This document shows, piece by piece, positions 17,991-27,159 of a stretch of 32,636 nt of DNA (positions are counted from its first letter, which is position 1; every line of letters starts with the position of its first letter). The translations under genes were made by a program, and so were the position numbers. This DNA comes from Candidatus Desantisbacteria bacterium CG1_02_49_89. GTDB taxonomy: Bacteria > Desantisbacteria > UBA1551. The notes beneath the pieces are model-generated. The model was not told the origin of the DNA, ran no database searches, and was given only the letters and a program-made list of their open reading frames with translations. The stretch covers positions 1 through 32,636 of the forward strand of contig MNUP01000130.1 in assembly GCA_001871075.1 (NCBI GenBank). The letters run 5' to 3'.

Positions 17991-19099
17991 AGTCCTTTAT
18001 GGAGTCAGAATATAAATTGAAAGTGGACCCTTTTGATAATAAAGTTGACCTTTCTGCCCCAATGGCTGGTCGTAAAAAGGAAAAAGAAGCGTGGAGTCAG
18101 ATCATTAGGCAGAGAACCGGGCAAAGAGGAAACTCTTTTAATTTTGTTATAGGTGATTATGGGTTCGGAAAATCTTTCTCGCTATATAAAATTTACGAAG
18201 AAGTGAAAAAAAAATATGAGAATGTAATACCGATTTTTATCACCTTACTTCCAGAAGATACTATCAGAAAATTTGGTTTAGAGTTTATACAGAGGATATT
18301 CAGCAAATTTGAGATGAAAGATTTTAAAAGAATTTTATCAAAAGTTAGAAAAGAAGATTTCGACCATCTTAAGAGTTTGTTACCTGAACCAGCCATCATT
18401 TTTGAAAAAGTAAGGAAAGGAAATGATCTCGCTTTTGTTTTTTTAAGAGGTGACAAGGTCATTGATGCCAAAGAGATGCATGCTTTAGGGGTAGGAAGGA
18501 AATTAGATTCAACAGACAGAGCCAAGGACTATTTGCTTAGTTTTTTGTATCTTTTAAAGAAGGCTGGGTTGGATAGTTTGCTTCTTGCGATTGATGAGGT
18601 TGAATATATCTTTAGCCAAATGAGAGGTTCAAAAATTTCTTTGGCCTTCAATACCTTAAGAGGAATTCACGATTTGCAGTCATTAGAACTTGGAGAAACC
18701 GCAAACATGATATTTTTCTTCGGCATCTCAATAGATGGATGGAGACGTTTGACTGTTGATCTCCAAAAAAGAGAAAAAAGCCAAGGTGGCCCGATACAGC
18801 CTTTTATAGATAGGAAAGATAATGTTATTACTCTGGAGCCATTGAGTAAAGAGGAAACGAAAGAGCTTATTAAGTTGAGATTAAAGCAGAACAGGACTAC
18901 CGGAATAGTAGGCGAAAAGCCGCTAATTCCTTTTAATGATGAATTTGTTGGCTATGTGTTTGATTTAACCAAAGGTAGACCTCGTGACATAGTCCGAAGG
19001 TGTGATATTGTTTTATTGGAAGGGTTAGAGCAAAAGATTACATTGATAACGGTAACTTTTGCAAAGAAAGTTTATGAGTCGCATGGACTTTTTATCTAA
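17987..19099 (+). CDS. AAA+ P-loop ATPase (BrxD/DUF2791- or Cdc6-like)
   Basis: Walker A GDYGFGKS, Walker B LLLAIDEVE, sensor-like GRPRDIV, and an AAGGAGG RBS. Confidence 0.85.
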   Translation: MKSFMESEYKLKVDPFDNKVDLSAPMAGRKKEKEAWSQIIRQRTGQRGNSFNFVIGDYGFGKSFSLYKIYEEVKKKYENVIPIFITLLPEDTIRKFGLEFIQRIFSKFEMKDFKRILSKVRKEDFDHLKSLLPEPAIIFEKVRKGNDLAFVFLRGDKVIDAKEMHALGVGRKLDSTDRAKDYLLSFLYLLKKAGLDSLLLAIDEVEYIFSQMRGSKISLAFNTLRGIHDLQSLELGETANMIFFFGISIDGWRRLTVDLQKREKSQGGPIQPFIDRKDNVITLEPLSKEETKELIKLRLKQNRTTGIVGEKPLIPFNDEFVGYVFDLTKGRPRDIVRRCDIVLLEGLEQKITLITVTFAKKVYESHGLFI

Positions 19100-19233
19100 A
19101 CGAAATAATCCTTCCAAAATTCTCAACAGAAAAATTAGTAAGCGCATATAAAATTATATTCCGCTTATGCTCGATATAAAAATACTTGAAATATGGTTAT
19201 TACATATTGTATGAATGAATATGAAGGAAACCC

Positions 19234-21332
19234 ATGAAAAAGAAAAAAGATCACGAAGAAGACGAAAGGTCAAAAACGACCCAAAATATTGAAGAACTGG
19301 CGCAACTTGCAAAAGAAAGCCAGGAACAAAAGCTGCCTGAGCAGAAGGTTGTTTTTAAAGCAGATTCTATAAAAGCTCGTGCGGGAAGACGAGGAGTCCA
19401 TAATTTACCAGACCAAACTAATCCCCCGATGGGTTTTGACCCGGAAAAAGCCTTTGACAATATATTTCCCTTTATTAAGCTTCCTTATCTTCAACCCAAT
19501 ACGCCGGAGGATATTATAAGTTTTGGTTCACCGGATGTGGGTGGGTTTTTAGATACAAAGAATAAGAGAATTCCGCTCAATGCTATCTTTTTTGGCGATA
19601 ATTTGCATATTTTAAGAGCATTACCCTCAAATTGCATAGACCTTATTTATATTGATCCGCCATTTTTCTCCGGTAGAAACTATAATTACTGAGAATCGCA
19701 TAATACCTTGACAGTTGTCTTTGCGAGCGATAGCGAAGCAATCTCGTTTTTAACGACGGGATTGCCACAGGCTTCGCCTTCGCAATGACATCAAAAAACG
19801 TCAACCAATTAAGCGAATATCAATAGATATGGGGAGATGATAACGAAGTTAGAACTTTCCACGACATTTGGGAAGACGGTCTGCCAAGTTATTTGGTTTG
19901 GCTGAATGCCCGATTATGGGAAATGCGCAGAGTTTTAAAAGATATAGGTTCAATATATATCCATTGTGATTGGCACGCCAGCCATTATATTAAATGCGAA
20001 ATGGATAAGATATTTGGGTATGATAATTTTCAAAATGAATTTATATGGTATTATGGTGGAGGTGGAGCATCAAAAGAAAGATGGGGTAGAAAACATGACG
20101 TAATTTTATTTTACACAAAAGGTAAAGAGTGGACATTTAATATTGATGCAGTGAGAATACCCCATAAATGGACTGATGGACAAAAAAGAGCTGATGGAAG
20201 CAAAAGGGATTATGATAAAGGGAAGATACCCGATGATGTGTTTATTCATCACTCCGTAATGCCCTGGGGTGGTGAGAAAATTGGCTATCCTACTCAAAAG
20301 CCAGAAGAATTATTGGAGCAAATAATTAAGGCATCATCTAACAAAGGCGATTTCGTTGCTGATTTCTTCATGGGTGGTGGAACAACTTGTGCTGTTGCCC
20401 AAGAGCTTAATCGTAAATTTATAGGTTGTGATATTTCAAGAGTAGCCTCTTCAGTTACCCTCAATCGTTTAATAAGAGACGCAGAGCAGATTTCGGGAAG
20501 AACTGCTTCGATAAATATTGATAAAAAAGATAAACCGCTCAGCTTAGAACTTACTATAAAAGAAATCCCTGACATCAGGGTTTATTATATGGGTGTATAT
20601 CCAATTGAAAAGTTTGAGTTTATCGGGCAGAAAGAATTTGAAGACTTTATTCTAACTTCTTATGAATCAAGAAGATTCACCGGAGAGGGTGAAATTACAG
20701 GAGTAATGAATGCCGCTACTTCCGTACTAATCGGTTCAGTCAAACCAAATGAGTCTATACCTGAAGCAAGATTGAAAAAATTCGTAGAGGACATTCTGAA
20801 ATTACGTTATCAGGAAAACATCAGGATGAAGTTGAAAGTAATTGCCTGGGTATTTCCTCCATCATTACAAAGATATGCAAAAGTCTTAGAAAATTATTTC
20901 TTTAAGAAAAATTTGGCGGTTGAGATAGAACTGATTCCCATAAACAGCCAGTTATTCAGAAAAAGGATATTGGAACATTATCAGGATACGTCTAAAAGCG
21001 AATTTTTACTCAAATTTATTTCGCAACCTTCAATTATGGATATTGTCTATAAGAAAGTCAGCGGGCTTAAATACAAATTTGAGGCAGTCGGGGCAAGGAG
21101 CAACAATATAGACGGATACCTCATAAATTGTCAGTGGGATTTCAATTTTGCAGGTGGTAAATTCGGTGAAAGTGAATTCGCCCTTATGCGGGAACAAAAA
21201 GACGGCAAGTATGTGGCAATTCTGAAGGCAGAAAAAGAATTTGAAAAGTTGGGCAGATATATCGTTGCCTGCCGTGTGCAGGACAATCTTGGCGGTGAAA
21301 CGATAAAGACAAAAGGAGTGGAGATTAAATAA
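19234..21332 (+). pseudogene. Type III-like N6-adenine methyltransferase (Mod, beta class) interrupted by a MITE
   Basis: The 5' part ends ...YIDPPFFSGRNYN. After the insert the frame resumes IWGDDNEVRTFHDIWEDGLPSYLVWLNARL...YPTQKPEELL...DFFMGGGTT. Confidence 0.88.
19687..19825. mobile_element. MITE family 1, copy 1 (TA-flanked, about 18-bp imperfect TIRs)
   Basis: Ends TACTGAGAATCGCATAAT ... ATTAAGCGAATATCAATA. It interrupts a gene and has a second copy at 23791. Confidence 0.85.
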
Positions 21333-21334
21333 TT

Positions 21335-23382
21335 ATGAAATACGCATTTAAAGAGCACGAAAAGAACTTCGCGGAATGGTGCAGACAGGGATATAATTTA
21401 CCTTTACCTGATGCCCAGAAACCTAAAGCCAGGGATTTTCTTAAGAATATAGACGATCCCAACTTTGTCCCTCCGTTATACCGCCATCAGGCGGAAGCCG
21501 TAAAGAGAATAATTTATTCTTATGAAGTTTAGGCAAAAAGGATTTGCTTGTGGAGGTAGTAACAGGCGGGGGCAAGTCTGCGATTATCGCCGGGATTATT
21601 GCTTATTTTATGATTGTTCACGATAAAAATAGATTTCTTGTTTTAGTGCCTAATACAATTGTCAGGGCAAGATTAAAAGATGAGTTTGACCCGGAAAGCA
21701 AAACCTTTGTTTATAACACCTTCCCTTTCTTCTATAACGGCACAACCGATTTAATTGAAAGGCTTACTTTGCATATGATGGAGCAGGGAAAGGCGCCTGA
21801 GGGTATAAGACAGGCAAGTATAATCCTGGGCAATATCCACCAGATTTATGAAGGCAAGGTAAGCCTTGAAATAATACAGAAAAATCTCGGCGACATTGTC
21901 ATATTTAACGACGAAGCCCACAATTCTAAGGCAGAGAATTACAACGAAGTCCTGAATAAACTTAAACCTCAGAGAATATTCCGGCTGGATACTACTGCAA
22001 CGCCGGATAGATTAGACGGGCTTCACCCTGACAGTGAAAAGATTTTAGAGTACGGCGTAAAGAGGGCGATGCAGGACAGGATAATCAAAAGGATCATAGT
22101 CTGCAAGCCTGATATCGAAAAGGTCAAGCTGACTTATAAAGACACGGAAACCGGCGAGGAGATTAAAGCCGAAGAAGTGCCCTGGGAAGAAATCGAGCAT
22201 AGAAAAATCAAGCCCACAAGGTTTATCACAAGTGAAAAACCTATGCGCCAGCAGATTGCTATTGCCAAACAGTGCCTTGATTACCAGAAGAAAGTGATTA
22301 CTCTGGACGATATAGGCAAGCCCAAGTGGAAGCCTCTGCTTTTTGTTGTTGCCATTTCAATAGCCGATGCTATGAATATCGCAAAGGTATTGGAGAATGA
22401 GTTCAAAATGAAGACCCTTTTGGTTACCAATGAAAGCGAAGAAGAACAAAAAGAAGAAGCAATGACTATCAACAGACATCTTAAAGACTGTGAGTGGGAC
22501 GCAATCGTATCAGTGCTTATGCTCCGCGAGGGCTGGGATGTCAAGAATATATCGGTCATCCTGCTTTTTAGGAAATTCTGTTACAAACTAAACGAATACA
22601 CAGGCGACAAATACTCTGTTTACGGACAGCAGGTTATCGGCAGGGGGCTGAGAAGAATTGACCCGCAGAATAAAGATGAGTGGGAGCAATGCCTTGTAGT
22701 TGACCACCCTATATTAAAACATGACTGGCTCTGGGAGATGTTGGATGCCGACCAATATGGCAGCCCTCTTAACCCGGATGAAATAATTGACGCCCAAAAA
22801 ATTCCAGAACCCAAGGAATTTGGGATTGAAACAGTTGACCATAAACCTGAAGATGTTAAAGATATTATCGGCAATATCCAGGATATTATAGACGGTATTC
22901 CCAATCCCCAAAAAGAAGAATTAAGGGTTATTCAAAAATGGCAGGAGTATCTGGATAATTATCAATATCAGATGGAACAAATAGACATTGACCAGACAAT
23001 CAGGGAAATCAAAAAAAGAAAGCTTGCCACGGGTTTCAACGAGCAGGAGGCCTTTGATGAATTTAAAATAGACGTCCAGCAGATAAATAAATTTACAGAT
23101 CGTAGCGTTGAAGAATTAAAAGAAATGATTTCCTCTGAGCTGGGTTTTATCTGCAGGGACAGTCTTAAAGAATATGACCGCAATCCGGACAAAAGACAGG
23201 ATATTATATATAAGATTCTGATTGACCATACAAAGAAAAGGTTTTTGCTGGGCAATGACCTGTTTACTATTGAAGATAAGGGCGCCTTAAAAAAATTGTG
23301 GTTTGTGATGATAGAAATTAGAGAAGTATTTTTAAACCCTTTATTAATAGAAGGGATACTTAAAAATCCATCTGAATTATGA
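21335..23382 (+). pseudogene. Type III Res-like SF2 helicase with a 1-bp frameshift at about 21528-21530
   Basis: LYRHQAEAV lies in the 5' ORF; TGGGKS, DEAH, TATP, MLREGWD and QVIGRGLR lie in the 3' ORF. One extra T in GTTT restores SYEVLGKKDLLVEVVTGGGKS. Confidence 0.85.
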
Positions 23383-23789
23383 GAGTCAACAGAGGAAAGC
23401 TAATCGGGTTAAGGCGCAGTCCGTACGGGGAAGAGGTCTATGATTCAGACCTGGAAAAATATTATATGGTGGAATTGGAAGGAATGCCCGGGATTAAAAG
23501 CTGGACTAAAAAACATAATATAAAGATTCCATACCAATTTTTATTTATAAAGAGACACTACATACCGGATTTCCTCGTGGAATTTAATGACGGCAGCAAA
23601 GAAATTCACGAAACAAAAGGGTTGCCCTTTTTGTTTTTATTATCAACTAAACTTAAAAAAGTATCAGCCGAAGAATATTGTAAAAAGTTAGGGTGGAAGT
23701 ATATATTTATAACCAAGGATAAAGAGGTTTTTTATAAGAATAATTTTCTTTCTAACGCTCTGGGCAGCATAAAAGATATAAAGGAATAA
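23379..23789 (+). CDS. TnsA-like PD-(D/E)xK endonuclease
   Basis: YDSDLE...IPY...HYIPDFLVEF...EIHETKG, with an ATGA overlap to the helicase stop. Confidence 0.8.
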   Translation: MRVNRGKLIGLRRSPYGEEVYDSDLEKYYMVELEGMPGIKSWTKKHNIKIPYQFLFIKRHYIPDFLVEFNDGSKEIHETKGLPFLFLLSTKLKKVSAEEYCKKLGWKYIFITKDKEVFYKNNFLSNALGSIKDIKE

Positions 23790-23790
23790 T

Positions 23791-24007
23791 TATTGAGAAT
23801 CGCATAATACCTTGACAGTTGTCTTTGCGAGCCAAAGCCGCGAGCGAAGCGTGGCGGGCAAGCGAAGTCCCAAAGGTCCCAAGGGGATCCCTTTGGGAGA
23901 TCCCTTGGGACAACCTTGTTTTTAACGACGGGATTGCCACCCCGCCACGAATATTGGCGGGTCGCAATGACATTAAAAAACGTCAACCAATTAAGCGAAT
24001 ATCAGTA
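23791..24007. mobile_element. MITE family 1, copy 2, with nested palindromic inserts
   Basis: Ends TATTGAGAATCGCATAAT ... ATTAAGCGAATATCAGTA. Collinear with 19687-19825 apart from three internal hairpin segments. Confidence 0.85.
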
Positions 24008-24020
24008 ATTGGAGTCAAAA

Positions 24021-24353
24021 ATGTATATAATCGTGTATACGCCCTGCGCGAGCAGGGAAGAAGCGGAAAAGATAGGCAGGGCGGTCGTAGAGGAAAAACT
24101 CGCGGCCTGCGTCAATATTTTCCCCATCACGTCCATTTACCGCTGGAAGGGGAAGGTTGAAACGGGAGAGGAATGCGTTCTCCTCTGCAAGACCGCCAGG
24201 GAAAAATTCGCGAAAGTCAAAAAGATGATCAAGAAACTGCATTCCTACGAGCTTCCGGTTATAATTTACTGGAAGTTCAGGGCGGAAAGGGACGTGCTGG
24301 ACTGGATCGACGGCTCCGTCGGTGCAGGGGATGGGGAGCCCGGCGAATTATGA
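24021..24353 (+). CDS. cutA: Divalent-cation tolerance protein CutA
   Basis: VEEKLAACVNI, SIYRWKGKVE and LHSYELP, with a GGAG RBS before the ATG at 24021. Confidence 0.92.
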   Translation: MYIIVYTPCASREEAEKIGRAVVEEKLAACVNIFPITSIYRWKGKVETGEECVLLCKTAREKFAKVKKMIKKLHSYELPVIIYWKFRAERDVLDWIDGSVGAGDGEPGEL

Positions 24354-24456
24354 ATTATGAATGATGAATTATGAGTGAAGGAATCAGGGCTAAAGCCCTG
24401 AGTTACAATAAAATCCTTGCTTTTGATTCATAACTCATAACTCATAACTCATAATT
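24345..24456. repeat. Inverted heptamer arrays enclosing a REP-like palindrome
   Basis: (GAATTAT)n-like at 24345-24376 and the complementary (TCATAAC)n at 24426-24456. ATCAGGGCTAAAGCCCTGAGTTACA lies between them at 24383-24407. Confidence 0.85.
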
Positions 24457-24459
24457 AAA

Positions 24460-25107
24460 ATGTTACTCAGAATTTACCGCATGTTATTGAAATGCTTTGG
24501 GCGCCAGGACTGGTGGCCCGCCAAGACAAGGTTTGAGGTCATGGTCGGGGCGATACTCACGCAGAACACGAACTGGAAAAACGTGGAGAAGGCGATCGCG
24601 AATCTTCGAAAAGCAGGGGCGCTTACCCCCGAAAAAATGTCAAAACTTACGCGCGGAACACTGCGCGGATATATAAGGCCGTCCGGGTTTTACAGGCAGA
24701 AGGCTGAGAGGCTTGCCGGTTTTCTGGATTTTCTCAAGGGTTATGGATATGATCTTTCAAAGCTTTTCAGCGGGGACCCCGGCTGCCTCAGGATAAAACT
24801 GCTCCAACTTAAAGGGATAGGCCCTGAAACCGCGGATTCGATAATGCTATACGCGGGCAACAAACCGTTTTTTGTCGTGGATGCCTACACGAAAAGGATC
24901 TTCGCGAGGCTCGGCCTGATCGCAGATTCCGATGAATACGAAGAGGTCCGGAAATTTTTTCAGGATAACCTGCCCAGGAAAACCGGGCTTTATAATGAAT
25001 ATCACGCGCTCATAGTCGAGCTTGCCAAGAAACACTGCAGGAAAGAGCCTGTTTGCGGCGGCTGCCCGCTTGCGAAGCAATGTAAATTTGAGAAGAAGTA
25101 TAATTAA
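24460..25107 (+). CDS. Endonuclease III-related HhH-GPD DNA glycosylase
   Basis: WWPA..RFEVMVGAILTQNTNW, KGIGPETADS, VVDAYT and the Fe-S motif C..PVCGGCPL..C. Confidence 0.9.
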   Translation: MLLRIYRMLLKCFGRQDWWPAKTRFEVMVGAILTQNTNWKNVEKAIANLRKAGALTPEKMSKLTRGTLRGYIRPSGFYRQKAERLAGFLDFLKGYGYDLSKLFSGDPGCLRIKLLQLKGIGPETADSIMLYAGNKPFFVVDAYTKRIFARLGLIADSDEYEEVRKFFQDNLPRKTGLYNEYHALIVELAKKHCRKEPVCGGCPLAKQCKFEKKYN

Positions 25108-25108
25108 A

Positions 25109-25136
25109 TTGCTTTTTTAAATTTTTTGAATATAAT
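25109..25136 (+). promoter_or_regulatory. Possible sigma70-type promoter
   Basis: TTGCTT-16 nt-TATAAT, with a second TATAAT at 25139, upstream of the RBS and ATG at 25166. Confidence 0.35.
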
Positions 25137-25165
25137 AGTATAATCAATTATTGAGGAAATGAAAA

Positions 25166-25453
25166 ATGAGTTATTGCGGAAAATTAATTGCTAAAAATCT
25201 TAGAAGGAAATACGGAGACGCGGAAGAAGAAATCGCCGAATCAGACAGAGAATATTTTTCCCTGCTTTCGCCGGAGGACAGGATCCGTTTTTCTGCCTAT
25301 CTTTCAGGCATGTTTAACGGGCTCGCCGCGTCTTTCGGTAAAGAAATATTAAACAAACTTATGCTGACCGTTGAGTCCGAAAGAAACAGAAAAATGGAAA
25401 GTTATAAGCAAGTGACAAAATGGCTGAAGACAAAACAAAAAAAGAATTTGTAG
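25166..25453 (+). CDS. Small hypothetical protein, partner of the downstream nucleotidyltransferase
   Basis: GAGGA RBS, 95 aa, overlaps the next gene. Confidence 0.6.
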   Translation: MSYCGKLIAKNLRRKYGDAEEEIAESDREYFSLLSPEDRIRFSAYLSGMFNGLAASFGKEILNKLMLTVESERNRKMESYKQVTKWLKTKQKKNL

Positions 25454-26022
25454 GCGAACCGTATTTTGCGGTGCTTTCCGCATTGTCGCATCTTATGGCT
25501 GACGCCGGGATAAATTACGCGATTATCGGAGGAATTGCGGCGGGCATGTGGGGTATGCCGAGGTCCACTTACGACGTGGATATTGTAGCCACTCTTGATA
25601 AAGGCGCAGTTAAGCAGCTGCTGGATACAGCCGGCAAACACGGCTTTACCTTTAAAACCGATGAGATAAAAACTCTTTTAAAGAGCGATATGCTAAGGAT
25701 ATATTACCAGCCAGGCGGGCAGGAAATTATCATCGCTATAGACTGCATGCTCGCGGAGACAGAATATCAGCGTGAAGTCATCAGGCGCGCAAAAAAGATA
25801 AAGATAAGCGATTACTATATTTCATTCGCGAGCCCGGAAGACGTTATAATACTGAAGCTGATTTCTTTTCGCGGAAAAGACCGCGCAGATATTGATGACA
25901 TTATCCGTTACCGGGGCAGGAGCCTGGATACGGGATACATAATGAAATGGGCGAAGGTGTTTGAAGTAGAGGCGAATTTAAGGAATTGCCGCAAAATAAT
26001 ACAAACGCATAAAATAACCTGA
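25420..26022 (+). CDS. Nucleotidyltransferase-fold protein (DUF6036/AbiEii-like)
   Basis: YAIIGGIA...PRSTYDVDIV and SPEDVIILKL..RGKDRADI. Confidence 0.82.
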   Translation: MAEDKTKKEFVGEPYFAVLSALSHLMADAGINYAIIGGIAAGMWGMPRSTYDVDIVATLDKGAVKQLLDTAGKHGFTFKTDEIKTLLKSDMLRIYYQPGGQEIIIAIDCMLAETEYQREVIRRAKKIKISDYYISFASPEDVIILKLISFRGKDRADIDDIIRYRGRSLDTGYIMKWAKVFEVEANLRNCRKIIQTHKIT

Positions 26023-26154
26023 TAGTGTCATTGCGAACGAACGAAGTGAGTGTGGCAATCTCGTCGTTAAAACCGAGATTGCCCCGAAGGGATCCCCTTG
26101 GGACTTCGTCGTTTCACTCCTCGCAACGACAAATTATTTAATGCGTTTGTATTA
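25997..26154. mobile_element. MITE family 2 (TA-flanked, 21-bp TIRs) with a GTCATTGCGA...CGCAACGAC palindromic core
   Basis: Ends TAATACAAACGCATAAAATAA ... TTATTTAATGCGTTTGTATTA (one mismatch). Confidence 0.8.
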
Positions 26155-26194
26155 GAACCAGGGCCGAAATAGTTATTGAGGAGGGAGGTCTAAT

Positions 26195-27019
26195 TTGGTT
26201 TATTCAAAAGAAATAATCGCAGAGCTTGAGGGAAAGGCGAAGCAGGTAAGAAGGGATATCATCAGGATGCTGGTAGCCGCGGGCTCGGGCCATCCCGGAG
26301 GTTCGCTTTCATCGGCGGATATAGTGACCTGCCTTTATTTTTCCAAAATGCGCCACTCCCCGAAAGATCCCAAATGGCCTGACAGGGACAGGTTCGTCCT
26401 GTCAAAAGGGCACTGCGCGCCGGTGCTTTACGCCTGCCTTGCGGAGACGGGTTATTTCCCCGTCGACGAACTGATGACGCTGAGAAAGATCAACAGCCGG
26501 CTCCAGGGCCACCCGGATATGGTGAAGACGCCCGGGGTGGAGATGTCAACCGGCTCGCTGGGCCAGGGGCTTGCGGTCGGCAACGGCATGGCGCTCGCGG
26601 CAAGGCTTGATAAAAAGAACTACAGGGTTTACGTGGTGTTAGGGGACGGAGAGATAGAAGAGGGCGAGGTATGGGAAGCAGCGATGGCATCCGCACATTA
26701 CAAGCTTGATAACGTGTGCGCGATACTGGACCACAACGGGCTGCAGATCGACGGGCCCAACTGCTGCGTGATGGACCCTGAGCCCGTCGCGGAAAAATGG
26801 AAGGCGTTCGGCTGGAACGTGATAGATATAAACGGGCACAGCATAAGCGAAATACTTGAAGCGCTGGACAGGGCGGAGGCCCTGAAGGGCAAACCGACAA
26901 TGATAGTCGCGAAAACGGTCAAGGGCAAGGGCGTGTCTTTTATGGAGAACGTCGTGGACTTCCACGGAAAAGCCCCGACCGCGGAAGAAGGGGAGCGCGC
27001 ACTTAAAGAATTAAATTAA
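26195..27019 (+). CDS. Transketolase, N-terminal subunit
   Basis: SGHPGGSLS, DRFVLSKGH, STGSLGQG, the TPP motif GDGE...N, and a GAGGAGGGAGG RBS before the TTG. Confidence 0.93.
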   Translation: MVYSKEIIAELEGKAKQVRRDIIRMLVAAGSGHPGGSLSSADIVTCLYFSKMRHSPKDPKWPDRDRFVLSKGHCAPVLYACLAETGYFPVDELMTLRKINSRLQGHPDMVKTPGVEMSTGSLGQGLAVGNGMALAARLDKKNYRVYVVLGDGEIEEGEVWEAAMASAHYKLDNVCAILDHNGLQIDGPNCCVMDPEPVAEKWKAFGWNVIDINGHSISEILEALDRAEALKGKPTMIVAKTVKGKGVSFMENVVDFHGKAPTAEEGERALKELN

Positions 27020-27159
27020 AAATGCAAAATGCAAAAGTAAAGATGAACCACAGAGGCACAGAGACACAGAGAAATACTCTCTTGTTTTTAAACTAAATAC
27101 TGTCCACTTAAGATAATCACTGTAATCTCTTTTGAAATCACCGTAATCAAGGAGTAACA

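Noticed and set aside
19708-19713. TTGACA in MITE family 1 as a portable promoter
   Set aside because: There is no convincing -10 hexamer at 16-18 bp in either copy.
21530-21532. Stop-codon reassignment or TAG readthrough
   Set aside because: The helicase break needs a frame change, not readthrough. TAG ends other genes here (13723, 16147) and RF1 is present.
23379-23789. Tn7-like transposon implied by the TnsA-like gene
   Set aside because: There is no TnsB DDE transposase, TniQ or recognisable Tn7 end, and the gene is coupled to the helicase.
23732-24160. ORFs 23819..24160 (+), 23732..23986 (-) and 23752..23973 (-)
   Set aside because: They run through MITE copy 2 and overlap cutA or the nuclease gene, with no protein-like features.
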